Assembly (NCBI GenBank): GCA_002269645.1
Contig: NIVC01001842.1
Location: 124,001-188,000, forward strand
DNA: 64,000 bases
From: Macrostomum lignano
Taxonomy: Eukaryota
Direction: 5' to 3'
Shown piece by piece: positions 31,371-52,411 of this stretch. Both the position numbers and the translations under genes were made by a program. Positions within the stretch are counted from its first letter, which is position 1, and every line of letters begins with the position of its first letter. Below the pieces are notes generated by a model. It was not told the DNA's origin. It was given only the letters and a program-made list of their open reading frames with translations, and made no database searches.

Positions 31371-34300
31371 TACTGACGTTGCAGGTGTCTTACTGATGTT
31401 GCAGGTGTCTTACTGATGTTGCAGGTGTCTTACTGATGTTGCAGGTGTCTTACTGACGTAGCAGGTGTCTTACTGATTTTGCATGCGTCTTACTGATGTT
31501 GCATTGTCTTACGTACTGACGTTGCAGGTGTCTTACTGATGTTGCAGGTGTCTTACTGATGTTGCATTGTCTTACGTACTGACGTTGCAGGTGTCTTACT
31601 GATGTTGCAGGTGTCTTACTGATGTTGCAGGTGTCTTACTGATGTTGCATTGTCTTACGTACTGACGTTGCAGGTGTCTTACTGATGCTGCAGGTGTCTT
31701 ACTGATGTTGCAGGTGTCTTACGAACTGATGTTGCAGGTGTCTTACGTACTGATGTTGCAGGTGTTTTACTGATGTTGCAGGTGTCTTACTGATGTTGCA
31801 GGTGTCTTACTGATGTTGCATTGTCTTACGTACTGATGTTGCATGTGTCTTACGTACTGATGTTGCAGGTGTCTTACGTACTGACGTTGCAGGTGTCTTA
31901 CTGATGTTGCAGGTGTCTTACTGATGTTGCATTGTCTTACGTACTGACGTTGCAGGTGTCTTACTGATGCTGCAGGTGTCTTACTGATGTTGCAGGTGTC
32001 TTACGAACTGATGTTGCAGGTGTCTTACGTACTGATGTTGCAGGTGTCTTACTGATGTTGCAGGTGTCTTACTGATGTTGCAGGTGTCTTACTGATGTTG
32101 CAGGTGTCTTACTGATGTTGCATGTATCTTACGTACTGATGTTGCAGGTGTTTTACTGACGTTGCAGGTGTCTTACTGATGTTGCAGGTGTCTTACTGAT
32201 GTTGCAGGTGTCTTACTGATGTTGCAGGTGTCTTACTGATGTTGCAGGTGTCTTACTGATGTTGCAGGTGTCTTACTGATGTTGCAGGTGTCTTATGTAC
32301 TGATGTTGCAGGTGTCTTACTGATGTTGCAGGTGTCTTACTGATGTTGCAGGTGTCTTACTGATGTTGCATTGTCTTACGTACTGATGTTGCAGGTGTCT
32401 TACGTACTGATGTTGCAGGTGTCTTACTGATGTTGCAGGTGTCTTATGTACTGATGTTGCATGTGTCTTACTGATGCTGCAGTGTCTTACTGATGTTGCA
32501 GGTGTCTTACTGATGTTGCAGGTGTCTTACTGATGTTGCAGGTGTCTTACTGATGTTGCAGGTGTCTTACTGATGTTGCAGGTGTCTTACTGATGTTGCA
32601 GGTGTCTTATGTACTGATGTTGCAGGTGTCTTACTGATGCTGCAGGTGTCTTACTGATGTTGCAGGTGTCTTACGAACTGATGTTGCAGGTGTCTTACGT
32701 ACTGATGTTGCAGGTGTTTTACTGATGTTGCAGGTGTCTTACTGATGTTGCAGGTGTCTTACTGATGTTGCATTGTCTTACGTACTGATGTTGCATGTGT
32801 CTTACGTACTGATGTTGCAGGTGTCTTACGTACTGACGTTGCAGGTGTCTTACTGATGCTGCAGGTGTCTTACTGATGTTGCAGGTGTCTTACGAACTGA
32901 TGTTGCAGGTGTCTTACGTACTGATGTTGCAGGTGTCTTACTGATGTTGCAGGTGTCTTACTGATGTTGCAGGTGTCTTACTGATGTTGCATGTATCTTA
33001 CGTACTGATGTTGCAGGTGTTTTACTGACGTTGCAGGTTACTGATGTTGCAGGTGTCTTACTGATGTTGCAGGTGTCTTACTGATGTTGCAGGTGTCTTA
33101 TGTACTGATGTTGCAGGTGTCTTACTGATGTTGCAGGTGTCTTACTGATGTTGCATTGTCTTACGTACTGATGTTGCAGGTGTCTTACGTACTGATGTTG
33201 CAGGTGTCTTACTGATGTTGCAGGTGTCTTATGTACTGATGTTGCATGTGTCTTACTGATGCTGCAAGTGCTTACTGATGTTGCCGGTGTCTTACTGATG
33301 CTGCAGGTGTCTTACTGATGTTGCAGGTGTCTTACTGATGTTGCAGATGTCTTACTGATGTTGCAGGTGTCTTACTGATGTTGCAGGTGTCTTATGTACT
33401 GATGTTGCAGGTGTCTTACTGATGTTGCAGGTGTCTTACTGATGTTGCATTGTCTTACGTACTGATGTTGCAGGTGTCTTACGTACTGATGTTGCAGGTG
33501 TCTTACTGATGTTGCAGGTGTCTTATGTACTGATGTTGCATGTGTCTTACTGATGCTGCAGGTGTCTTACTGATGTTGCAGGTGTCTTACTGATGTTGCA
33601 GGTGTCTTACTGATGTTGCAGGTGTCTTACGTACTGATGTTGCAGGTGTCTTACTGATGTTGCAGGTGTCTTACTGATGCTGCAGGTGTCTTACTGATGT
33701 TGCAGGTGTCTTACTGATGTTGCAGGTGTCTTACGTACTGATGTTGCAGGTGTCTTACTGATGCTGCAGGTGTCTTACTGATGTTGCAGGTGTCTTACGT
33801 ACTGATGTTGCTAGTGTCTTACTGACGTTGCAGGTGTCTTACTGATGTTGCAGGTGTCTTACTGATGTTGCAGGTGTCTTACTGACGTAGCAGGTGTCTT
33901 ACTGATTTTGCATGCGTCTTACTGATGTTGCATTGTCTTACGTACTGATGTTGCATGTGTCTTACGTACTGACGTTGCAGGTGTCTTACTGATGTTGCAT
34001 TGTCTTACGTACTGATGTTGCATTGTCTTACGTACTGATGTTGCATTGTCTTACGTACTGATGTTGCAGGTGTCTTACTGATGTTGCATTGTCTTACGTA
34101 CTGACGTTGCAGGTGTCTTACTGATGTTGCAGGTGTCTTACTGATGTTGCATTGTCTTACGTACTGACGTTGCAGGTGTCTTACTGATGCTGCAGGTGTC
34201 TTACTGATGTTGCAGGTGTCTTACTGATGTTGCATGTGTCTTACTGATGTTGCATGTGTCTTACGTACTGACGTTGCAGGTGTCTTACTGATGTTGCAGG

Positions 34301-37300
34301 TGTCTTACTGATGTTGCATTGTCTTACGTACTGACGTTGCAGGTGTCTTACTGATGCTGCAGGTGTCTTACTGATGTTGCAGGTGTCTTACGAACTGATG
34401 TTGCAGGTGTTTTACTGATGTTGCAGGTGTCTTACGAACTGATGTTGCAGGTGTCTTACTGATGTTGCATTGTCTTACGTACTGATGTTGCATGTGTCTT
34501 ACGTACTGACGTTGCAGGTGTCTTACTGATGTTGCAGGTGTCTTACGAACTGATGTTGCAGGTGTCTTACTGATGTTGCATTGTCTTACGTACTGACGTT
34601 GCAGGTGTCTTACTGATGCTGCAGGTGTCTTACTGATGTTGCAGGTGTCTTACGAACTGATGTTGCAGGTGTCTTACGTACTGATGTTGCAGGTGTTTTA
34701 CTGATGTTGCAGGTGTCTTACTGATGTTGCAGGTGTCTTACTGATGTTGCATTGTCTTACGTACTGACGTTGCAGGTGTCTTACTGATGTTGCAGGTGTC
34801 TTACTGATGTTGCATTGTCTTACGTACTGACGTTGCAGGTGTCTTACGTACTGATGCTGCAGGTGTCTTACGTACTGATGTTGCAGGTGTCTTACGTACT
34901 GATGCTGCAGGTGTCTTACTGATGTTGCAGGTGTCTTACTGATGTTGCATGTGTCTTACTGATGTTGCATGTGTCTTACGTACTGACGTTGCAGGTGTCT
35001 TACTGATGTTGCAGGTGTCTTACTGATGTTGCATTGTCTTACGTACTGACGTTGCAGGTGTCTTACTGATGCTGCAGGTGTCTTACTGATGTTGCAGGTG
35101 TCTTACGAACTGATGTTGCAGGTGTCTTACGTACTGATGTTGCAGGTGTTTTACTGATGTTGCAGGTGTCTTACTGATGTTGCAGGTGTCTTACGAACTG
35201 ATGTTGCAGGTGTCTTACTGATGTTGCATGTATCTTACGTACTGATGTTGCAGGTGTTTTACTGATGCTGCAGGTGTCTTACTGATGTTGCAGGTGTCTT
35301 ACTGATGTTGCAGGTATCTTACTGATGTTGCAGGTGTCTTACTGATGTTGCATGTGTCTTACGTACTGACGTTGCAGGTGTCTTACTGATGTTGCAGGTG
35401 TCTTACTGATGTTGCAGGTGTCTTACTGATGCTGCAGGTGTCTTACTGATGTTGCAGGTGTCTTACTGATGTTGCGTGTGTCTTACGTACTGATGTTGCA
35501 GGTGTTTTACTGATTTTGCAGGTGTCTTACTGATGTTGCAGGTGTCTTACTGATGTTGCATGTGTCTTACGTACTGACGTTGCAGGTGTCTTACTGATGT
35601 TGCAGGTGTCTTACTGATGTTGCAGGTGTCTTACTGATGCTGCAGGTGTCTTACGTACTGGTGTTGCAGGTGACTTACTGATGTTGCAGGTGTCTTACTG
35701 ATGCTGCAAGTGTCTTATTGATGCTGCAGGTGTTTTACTGATGTTGCATTGTCTTACGTACTGATGTTGCAGGTGTCTTACTGATGCTGCAGGTGTCTTA
35801 CTGATGTTGCAGGTGTCTTACTGATGTTGCAGGTGTCTTACTGATGTTGCAGGTGTCTTACTGATGTTGCAGGTGTCTTACTGATGTTGCATTGTCTTAC
35901 GTACTGATGTTGCAGGTGTCTTACTGATGCTGCAGGTGTCTTACTGATGTTGCAGGTGTCTTACTGATGTTGCCGGTGTCTTACTGATGTTGCAGGTGTC
36001 TTACTGATGTTGCATTGTCTTACGTACTGACGTTGCAAGTGTCTTACTGATGCTGCAGGTGTCTTACTGATGTTGCAGGTGTCTTACGTACTGGTGTTGC
36101 AGGTGTCTTACTGATGCTGCAAGTGTCTTACTGATGTTGCAGGTGTCTTACTGATGCTGCAGGTGTCTTACGTACTGGTGTTGCAGGTGTCTTACTGATG
36201 TTGCAGGTGTCTTACTGATGCTGCAGGTGTCTTACTGATGTTGCCGGTGTCTTACTGATGTTGCAGGTGTCTTACTGATGTTGCATTGTCTTACGTACTG
36301 ACGTTGCAAGTGTCTTACTGATGCTGCAGGTGTCTTACTGATGTTGCAGGTGTCTTACGTACTGGTGTTGCAGGTGTCTTACTGATGTTGCAAGTGTCTT
36401 ACTGATGTTGCAGGTGTCTTACTGATGCTGCAGGTGTCTTACGTACTGGTGTTGCAGGTGTCTTACTGATGTTGCAGGTGTCTTACTGATGCTGCAAGTG
36501 TCTTATTGATGCTGCAGGTGTTTTACTGATGTTGCATTGTCTTACGTACTGATGTTGCAGGTGTCTTACTGATGCTGCAGGTGTCTTACTGATGTTGCAG
36601 GTGTCTTACGTACTGATGTTGCAGGTGTCTTACTGATGTTGCAGGTGTCTTACTGATGTTGCCGGTGTCTTACTGATGTTGCATTGTCTTACGTACTGAT
36701 GTTGCAGGTGTCTTACTGATGCTGCAGGTGTCTTACGTACTGATGCTGCAGGTGTCTTACGTACTGATGTTGCAGGTGTCTTACTGATGCTGCAGGTGTC
36801 TTACTGATGCTGCAGGTGTCTTACGTACTGATGTTGCAGGTGTCTTACTGATGCTGCAGGTGTCTTACTGATGTTGCAGGTGTCTTACGTACTGACGTTG
36901 CAGGTGTCTTACTGATGCTGCAGGTGTCTTACGTACTGATGTTGCAGGTGTCTTACTGATGCTGCAGGTGTCTTACTGATGTTGCAGGTGTCTTACGTAC
37001 TGATGTTGCAGGTGTCTTACTGATGTTGCAGGTGTCTTACTGATGTTGCAGGTGTCTTACTGATGTTGCAGGTGTCTTACTGATGTTGCAGGTGTCTTAC
37101 TGATGTTGCAGGTGTCTTACTGATGTTGCATTGTCTTACGTACTGATGTTGCAGGTGTCTTACTGATGCTGCAGGTGTCTTACTGATGTTGCAGGTGTCT
37201 TACTGATGTTGCAGGTGTCTTACTGATGCTGCAGGTGTCTTACTGATGCTTGCAGGTGTCTTACGTACTGATGTTGCAGGTGTCTTACTGATGCTGCAGG

Positions 37301-38107
37301 TGTCTTACGTACTGATGTTGCAGGTGTCTTACTGATTTTGCAGGTGTCTTACTGATGTTGCAGGTGTCTTACTGATGTTGCAGGTGTCTTACTGATGTTG
37401 CATGTGTCTTACGTACTGACGTTGCAGGTGTCTTACTGATGCTTGCAGGTGTCTTACTGATGTTGCAGGTGTCTTACTGATGTGCAGGTGTCTTACTGAT
37501 GTTGCAGGTGTCTTACGTACTGATGTTGCAGGTGTCTTACTGATGTTGCAGGTGTCTTACTGATGTTGCAGTGTCTTACGTATGACGTTGCAGGTGTCTT
37601 ACTGATGTTGCAGGTGTCTTACTGATGTTGCAGGTGTCTTACTGATGTTGCAGGTGTCTTACGTACTGACGTTGCAGGTGTCTTACTGATGTTGCAGGTG
37701 TCTTACTGATGTTGCAGGTGTCTTACTGATGTTGCAGGTGTCTTACTGATGTTGCAGGTGTCTTACGTACTGATGTTGCAGTGTCTTACTGATGTTGCAG
37801 GTGTCTTACTACTGATGTTGCAGGTGTCTTACTGATGTTACACATGTCTTACTGACGTTGCAGGTGTCTTACTGATGTTGCAGGTGACTTACTGATGTTG
37901 CAGGTGACTTACTGATGTTGCAGGTGCCTTACTGATGTTGCAGGTGTCTTACTGATGTTGCAGGTGTCCTAATGATGTTGCAAATGTCTTAGTGATGTTA
38001 CATGTGTCTTACTGATGTTGCAGGTGCCTTACTGATGTTACACATGTCTTACTGATGTTGCAGGTGTCTTACTGATGTTACATGTGTCTTACTGATGTTG
38101 CAGGTGT
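31371..38107. repeat. About 6.7-kb satellite of 20/23/24-bp units (ACTGATGTTGCAGGTGTCTT, with or without ACGT)
   Basis: Continuous array between the ENaC 5' end and the KCNQ1 3' end. Confidence 0.97.
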
Positions 38108-38925
38108 GTTGCTTACAGATGTGTTTCTTACATATATTTTTTGTTTTGTTCTTTTATGGCTATAGCGTTATGCTGCTTTGAAAGTGAAGCACAAAAACTC
38201 TGTACTGCACAGCTAAGTGCTAGAAAATTTTTTGTCACGCAGACACATGCAACAATTAACGCATGTATTTGTATAACAACTTAATGCTACAGTATTTCAA
38301 AACGCGTTTATAATACTTGCAGTAGCTAAGGTGAACAAAATCGCTATAATTTTATACAGCTAAATTAGTCTAAATATACGATGGTGCAAAACATCCGTGA
38401 GGTAACACATCAGATCGTTGGAGCTAGTATAAAAATTCTAGTAAAAAGTTCCGACAAGATTTAGACAAGTGCAAAAAATAGACAAAGAATCATCTGGGAA
38501 TAAATTTAGCAAGAAGTACGCTTCCACTCTACTGATAGTAGTTTAAATTAGAATTATGGATCCACAGCCTATAATAACTTGAACTAATTCGGATTTTTGC
38601 TATTTATCTGAACTTTACTGTTTACTGTCTCTATAAGAAAGCATTTCAAAAAAATAAACTAAGAAAAAATTAAACTTGCAATACTGAATTTCCGCATTTC
38701 TTGTTAAAATATTTCTCATAAATACTCGTTGTTTGAAAAAATACTATTAGCAATAACCTTAATAAATATAGGAGGTGCAATTAACGCTTTGAATTCCGTA
38801 AAAAGCGCTATTTTCACAGTGTATTACTACAAGTAACAATATAGCATATTGTTTAGCGGTAGTAGAAAAACTAATAATCTATAATAAAACAAAATAACAA
38901 AACACAATTGTAGGTGGCCGCGCCT

Positions 38926-39190
38926 TAATTGGAATCTCGGCTTGGCTCTGCTCTTGCAATTAGCGGCCTTGAGAGCCAACCCCCTAAGGCACAGTGAAGT
39001 GTACATGCCTAACGATAAATAAAGTTAGGGCCGCTGTACACTCCTGTTTGAGTGTGTGCCTGTGCGTATGACTGCGTACGTATCCGCGCGCTTGTATGCC
39101 TGCTCAGGGGAGTCGGCGGAATGGGCAGCAATGCCTCTCGCCGGTTGTGTGCCTATGTCGCTTAAAGTGCGCCAGGGTGCACACACAACC
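38926..39190 (+). mobile_element. tRNA-derived SINE family A, 5'-truncated
   Basis: Starts at AATTGGAATCTCGGCTTGGCTCTGC and matches the other copies through GCGCCAGGGTGCACA. Confidence 0.83.
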
Positions 39191-39634
39191 AGCCCTCTTG
39201 CCTGTAACTAAGACCATCATGTGGCAGAAAAAAATTCTTTGACAAATAAAAACACGTACCGCGGTTGGAGTTAAAACGGCAAAGCATGCTATAGATTCTG
39301 TATAACTAATTTGGCAGATTATCAGAACAAAAACATTGCTGGCACTTGCTTAGATCAAAGTGTACAGTTTCAAAAACAGTCAGACTCTGATTGAGATTTT
39401 ATTGGCAATAGGAAATATAAGATAGACAGTCAAAAAAGTAGAAAAGATGGCAATTAATTAAGTATTGAGAAATTTTTTACCTAATTTTCATCTAACCATC
39501 AATTTCGCTTGTGGACGTACAAAAATCCCAACTGGCATGCCAAATTTCATTTAGCTACTAACAATACTAATGGAGGCTTGTAAAGTATTTAATTTGTGAA
39601 GCTTGTGAATTGTTTAGTTTGAAAATTGTCCACT

Positions 39635-40290
39635 TTGTGAATAGCCCAGTTTGTGAACTGTCTAGTTGGTGAACTGTCTAGTTTGTGAACTGTCTAGTTT
39701 GTGAATAGCCCAGTTTGTGAACTGTCTAGTTTGTGAATAATCCAGTTTGTGAACTGTCTAGTTTGTGAACTGTCTAGTTTGTGAATAGCCCAGTTTGTGA
39801 ACTGTCTAGTTGGTGAACTGTCTAGTTTGTGAATAGCCCAGTTTGTGAACTGTCTAGTTGGTGAACTGTCTAGTTTGTGAATAGCCCAGTTTGTGAACTG
39901 TCTAGTTTGTGAACTGTCTAGTTTGTGAATAGTCCAGTTTGTGAACTGTTTAGTTTGTGAATAGCCTAGTTTGTGAATTGTCTATTTTGTGAATAGCCCA
40001 GTTTGTAAGCTGTCTAGTTTGTGAATTGTCTATTTTGTGAATAGCCTAGTTTGTGAATAGTCCAGTTTGTGAACTGTCTAGTTTGTGAATAGCCCAGTTT
40101 GTAAGCTGTCTAGTTTGTGAATTGTCTATTTTGTGAATAGCCTAGTTTGTGAATAGTCCAGTTTGTGAACTGTCTAGTTTGTGAATAGTCCAGTTTGTGA
40201 GCTGTCTAGTTTGTGAACTGTCTAGTTTGTGAATAGCCCAGTTTGTGAATAGTCCAGTTTGTGAACTGTCTAGTCTGTGAACTGTGTGTA
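39635..40290. repeat. 16-bp tandem repeat (TAGTTTGTGAACTGTC and variants)
   Basis: Direct periodicity downstream of the KCNQ1 stop codon. Confidence 0.92.
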
Positions 40291-40424
40291 GTAACTGTGA
40301 ATCATCTAGTCTGTGAAGTGCCCCTTTAAATTTAAATTTAGGACACTCACTAAACCAGCCGCAAAACAGTTGTTAGTGGAGCCTTCCTCCATTCTAACAG
40401 TATGTTAATTTATGAATAAAAGTC

Positions 40425-47388
<6,964 letters not shown>

Positions 47389-47929
47389 TTCATTCGCTCC
47401 GATTTTTTGTTATAACTGCCTGCCTTAGAATTAATCCGGCGGAATTCTAGGAAAAACCCGGAAAAAATCTGACTATAACAGATCTATCTATCGCGCAGGG
47501 CAGGCATGGCCCCGCAGTCTTGCATTACAGGAGTGGTAAATACTATGAACTCCGGTTCTGTTGCTATGCGGACTGAAATTATTCGGGGTTTCGCTTCAAA
47601 TTGAAATTTTTATTTAATTGGCATGAGTCACATTTATGTGCAGGCTCAAAGCGCTGCATGTGAATTCCTATTGGATTTCGCTAGGCACCTATACGAGCTA
47701 TATAGGAATTGTAAGATTCAAATTTGAACTGTTAGAATACGGATAAAAAAGCCTGATAAAGATTTAAGATGGAAAAGGTAATGATTAGCTGCAAAGGTAA
47801 AAGGTAATTTGTTTAAAACAGACACTAATAATGGTGATTAACAAGCAGTTATATAATACATAGTAGTGTAATCAATCGGCAGTAAATACATCATTAGTGT
47901 TTGCAAAATGCTTCTTCAGATGAGGCTGG

Positions 47930-48390
47930 ACCATTTAGAGTCACCCTGTACTTTTATTTTAGACTGGCGCTATTTTAGGGGACCATGTACTTATAGATAC
48001 GCAGCATTTTAAGTGACCCTGTACTTTTATTTTAGACTGGCGCTTTTTTAGGTGACCATGTACTTTTAGTTTCGCAGCATTTTAAGTGACCCTGTACTTT
48101 TTTATTGGCAGCATTTTAAGTGACTTTGTACTTTTAGATTCGCAGCATTTTATGTGACTTTGTACTTTTAGATTCGCAGAATTTTATGTGACCCTGTACT
48201 TTTAGATCCGCAGATATCTAGGGGACTTTGTACTTTTAGATTCGCAGAATTCTAGGGGACTGTTACTTTTAGATTTGCAGAATTTTAGGGGACATTGTAT
48301 TTTTGGATTCGCAGAATTTTATGTAATCCTGTACTTTTAGACTGACGGCATTTTAGGTGACCCTGTACTTTTAAGATCGACAGCATTTTG
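47930..48390. repeat. Degenerate ~31-bp repeat (TTTAGGTGACCCTGTACTTTTAGATTCGCAGCA)
   Basis: Imperfect tandem copies between SRPRB and KCNQ1. Confidence 0.8.
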
Positions 48391-49501
48391 AACAAATAAA
48401 AACTGTTTTTCAACTGGCGATATTTTTTAAGAGTGTTTTAACAAACATTATTGTTAAAATCAACAGATTTGTTATTTTCGTTATAATAGCTACGAGCATT
48501 AGTGAAATGAAAATTCAACATGTTAAAAAATTATTGGTTTAAAAACTATTTTAACAGTCGCTTTATTGACAGACCTCATTATTTCAGGGCTTCAACTTTT
48601 AAGAAGCAGAAAAATTGGCTGTTTTAGATTTAGGCTTAATTAGTATTGATTGATTGCTTAGACTGCATTAGCAAGCCGGTATTACTGTTATTTAACACGA
48701 GCAAATGCTACTAAAAGTAGCAATTATTGAAAAATCGATGGGTATAAAATGAAGTCAAGAAAGGTTGTTAAAAGTCACAAACGTTAGTCACTAAGCACTT
48801 CAAAATAGCTTATCAACATAACATTATTAAATTCCAAACGGCTAATTCATTAATTTATTATTTATTAACTGAAATAATAGCACAACAGCAACAAGTAAAC
48901 AACGTCAAAAAATTTTCAACACGATAAACCAGTGTATTTTAACTTGTAACTTGTAACTTGAATATTAATTTACCGCTAGAAACATAAATAATGACACACA
49001 GAGATACATTTAGTGGATGCTTTATGAGTGTCAGAGTGTAATACATAACGCAGAACAATTAATACACGATAATAGAGACAAAACAATTAGAGAAACCAAA
49101 CACCGAGAACAGCCATATAAGTAAAATTGGTTAAGGGTCAACATTGCAGTAATGCTGGTGAAGCCAAGCATAAAACAAAAAGTTGATTAAAACAATTTAT
49201 TTAATGAAAACAGAACCAAATCACCAAAACCGAAAAATTATCGCACAAAGGCTCGCTCCAGTCTTAAAAAAACCAGCCAATCAGACGCGATCAAGCCACT
49301 GTCGCACTTGTACTACACAGCCACCTCACTTCAGTCTAAAAATAGCTAGCCAATCAGACGCGACCAAGCCACACCGCACGCGTACAACGCAGTCACCTCA
49401 CTCCAGTCTAAAAATAGCCAGCTAATCAGACGCCACCAAGCCACTATCGCACGCATACTACGCAGCCACCTCACTCCAGTCTAAATTAAATAGCCAGCCA
49501 A

Positions 49502-50507
49502 TCAGACGCGATCAAGCCACTGTCGCACGCAGGTGACGTCGTCCAAAGCAGAGCAGCAGGCGAAATCCACTTGACAGCCGGAGTCCGTGAATTCAAATTT
49601 TTTACCCTCTCGACCGAGGCGGCGCTCTTTAAAGTGGATAAACTTATGAAGTAAAAAAATCGATTTGAAATTGAACTAAAAATATACAAAATATTAAGAT
49701 TACGTGATCTACGGAAACTCTGCGGATAAAACGTCACGTGACGCATTAAAAAAGAAGGCACGTGACCAACAAGGGAAAGCCTATATATACATCACGCTAT
49801 CTACAGAAAAATCTGGAAATCACGTGACTACTGCGGGCCCAATAGAAAAACGCCCCAAGAGAAGCCAGCTGAGCTAAATCCCTTCACTCACCGGCAGATC
49901 CACCGCTGAGGCCGGCCAGAGCGCCAGCCCTGGTAGTTCGCAGAGTCTCCAATTCGCGTTCCAAAGCCAATCGAACATAAGCGTCAGTTTTGGCCATAGC
50001 CTGATCCTGCTTATTGCACAGAATCAAAACCTTAGTCCGGCCCTGAATATCGGATTCGGTCAGCAGATTATAGAGACACTCGGCGCAATCTTTCAATTCT
50101 TTAGCAATCGAATTGGCATCAATAACAAAGACTACAGCTCTGGCGCTAGACTTGTACTTGTCCAGGTACTGCCTGCGCAGGCGTTCGTGACCGGGCAGGT
50201 CAACTACCCTCAACCGGCGCTTAGAAGCGGCTGTGCCAACAGCCAAGGGCTCGGACTGGTTGGCTTGCATAGAAGTCACAGTTGGCAGGGGTTTCGAATG
50301 CACCAACTGGCTGTACAGAGTAGTCTTGCCGGAGTCGCTAATGCCGCACAATAGTACCGTATTGCGCTGGCTTCTACGGCGTAACCATAGCAACAGATAC
50401 ACAACTAGCGGGGCTAGTAGGGCGATTATAGTAACAGCGGCTACTGACACCTGCTGGTAGTTGATTGGACCGGCCTCTGAGGGCAGCGCTGACACGATTT
50501 GATCCAT
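49502..50507 (-). CDS. SRPRB: Signal recognition particle receptor beta subunit, 2 exons (50507-49892, 49626-49502), 246 aa
   Basis: N-terminal TM anchor, P-loop VLLCGISDSGKTTLY, VVDLPGHERLR, NKQD. The second exon ERRLGREGKKFEFTD...VRQWLDRV* joins in phase 1. Confidence 0.93.
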
Positions 50508-50574
50508 GCGGGAGGAATTACAGGTGCAAAAATATAAGCAGAACTGTCACTGGAGAAAGTACGATGTCACTGCT

Positions 50575-50790
50575 ATGCTAAATCTTAATGGGGATTCTAA
50601 TCTCTGCTACGCTAATTCTAATGGGGATTCTAATCCCTGCTATGCTAATCCTAATAGGGATTCTAATCACTGCTATGCTAATCCTAACGGGATTCTAAGC
50701 TGCTATGCTAATCCTAATGAGGATTCTAATCACTGCTATGCTAATCCTAATGGGGATTCTAATCACTGCTATGCTAATCCTAATGGGGTC
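50575..50790. repeat. 33-bp tandem repeat upstream of SRPRB
   Basis: CYANPNGDSNH repeat ORF equals the 33-bp unit. Confidence 0.85.
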
Positions 50791-51519
50791 ATTAGAACCA
50801 CGTCTGTCTTAATCGTATTGCGAGAAATCTATGCAATAATTAAAAGCAGAAAAACAACACAAACCGATAATATTAACATAAATAAATAAGCCTATAATAA
50901 TATGTAAACTTTAGGTAATATATGCAAAGTTATTCAAAAATTAGTAAATAAAAAATAATTCAATTTCTGAAGCACCGCATTAAGAATGATAGCGCGATAA
51001 CAAAATATAAAGGAAACATCTAAAGACAAAAGGTTTAAATCAGGACGGATGTTGCCAAAAAAAGTATAATTTATGGAACAGAAACTCGGGGATAAAAAGC
51101 AACAGAGAAAATAATGAGCAACCTTTAACTTAAAATAGCACTTGAATTGTTAAACAAATTTTTGATTCAAAGACAGCTTTTAGCAGCACTTATTCGGTAG
51201 CAGAACGATTTCACAATCCTGACTACTCAAAAGTAGTTAGTAGGATTAAAAAATGGAACGTAAGTTTTTTATTTATTTACAAGCACCAAAAATAGGTCGG
51301 CATTTGGAGCTGTCTTGGAGATGTCCGTGGGATGCTGATGCCAATGTCTGTGAACTACGAGCGTATTGTCAATTAAAGTGAACTTTTTGAAACTCAAAAT
51401 AAGAAGCTATTTTAACTCAAAACATTTTTTGGTTTAAGCAGACCATCTAGAAGTGGCACTCTGGAAAAAAAACTGCCTCTAAAAGCGTCACCAAGGAAAC
51501 AGACACCACTTGGAAGCAC

Positions 51520-51710
51520 TATGGAAAATTGTCACTCTTGAAACTCTCCAAACTTGGAACTCTTGAAACACCCTCCAAAATTTTCACTCTTGAAACTCTC
51601 CAAAATTGTCACTCTTGAAACACCCTCCAAAATTGTCACTATTGAAACACCCTCCAAAATTGTCACTCTTGAAACACCCTCCAAAATTGTCACTCTTGAA
51701 ACACTCATCA
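51520..51710. repeat. 27-bp tandem repeat (CTCTTGAAACACCCTCCAAAATTGTCA)
   Basis: Direct periodicity. Confidence 0.85.
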
Positions 51711-51895
51711 CTTGTCCATATATATCTACATTGAAACCATTCCAGTCGCTTTGTAATGCTACTATTTAAGTTGGCATAATGATTTGACGATATGTATCGA
51801 AATGAAATATAATATTGCGATTCCAACGGTAGCTTTTGTGCGCAGATAATAATCCAAATCCAATAGGCAGGCGGACTGTCCGACAAGTCAGCTGA

Positions 51896-52411
51896 TCACG
51901 AGCTACTCTGGTATCGCTGGATCAGCTTAGAAACTGGGGCGACGCTGTCTGCAACAACAGAGGACCCTTCTTCGCCTGCCCCAGCGACTGTCTCCTTGGC
52001 TTGTGCTTTGGCACGGATCTCTCTATACTTAGCCAGAAACTCCGGTCCCGACTCCGCGCCGGTCGACATAGTCGTCTTAGCGGCGTCGCTCAATCGACGC
52101 TGTCGTTCGCGTAATACTTTAGACAGTTCAGCCGAAGTGCTTTGCTGCTGCTGCTGCTGCGGGCCGACAACAAATTTGAGTTCGCGAAGCATCTCCCACT
52201 GTTGGGAGCCGCACCTCGGCCGGGCCGGCCGGGAAACTGGCAACTCGGAACTGTCGCTTCCGCTAGATCTTTTTGGAAACGGAAATGAAGGACCGGGAAG
52301 CACAGCCCGAGAGTCGCTGTCATAGTCTGGCGTCGGATAGAACGCGTCGTCGTCGTTATTAACGTTGTCATGGTAACCAAATCCGCTCGATGCCGATTGA
52401 CTGTTGGCCAT
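51896..52411 (-). CDS. Small single-exon protein, FAM107/DUF1151-like (171 aa)
   Basis: GC-rich ORF with ATG in an AT-rich context. Motifs MLRELKF, AELSKVLRERQRR and PEFLAKYREIR resemble the FAM107 LHRELxF, PELxxVL and PEFxKV blocks. The family call is from memory and needs an HMM check. Confidence 0.6.
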   Translation of the reverse strand: MANSQSASSGFGYHDNVNNDDDAFYPTPDYDSDSRAVLPGPSFPFPKRSSGSDSSELPVSRPARPRCGSQQWEMLRELKFVVGPQQQQQQSTSAELSKVLRERQRRLSDAAKTTMSTGAESGPEFLAKYREIRAKAQAKETVAGAGEEGSSVVADSVAPVSKLIQRYQSSS

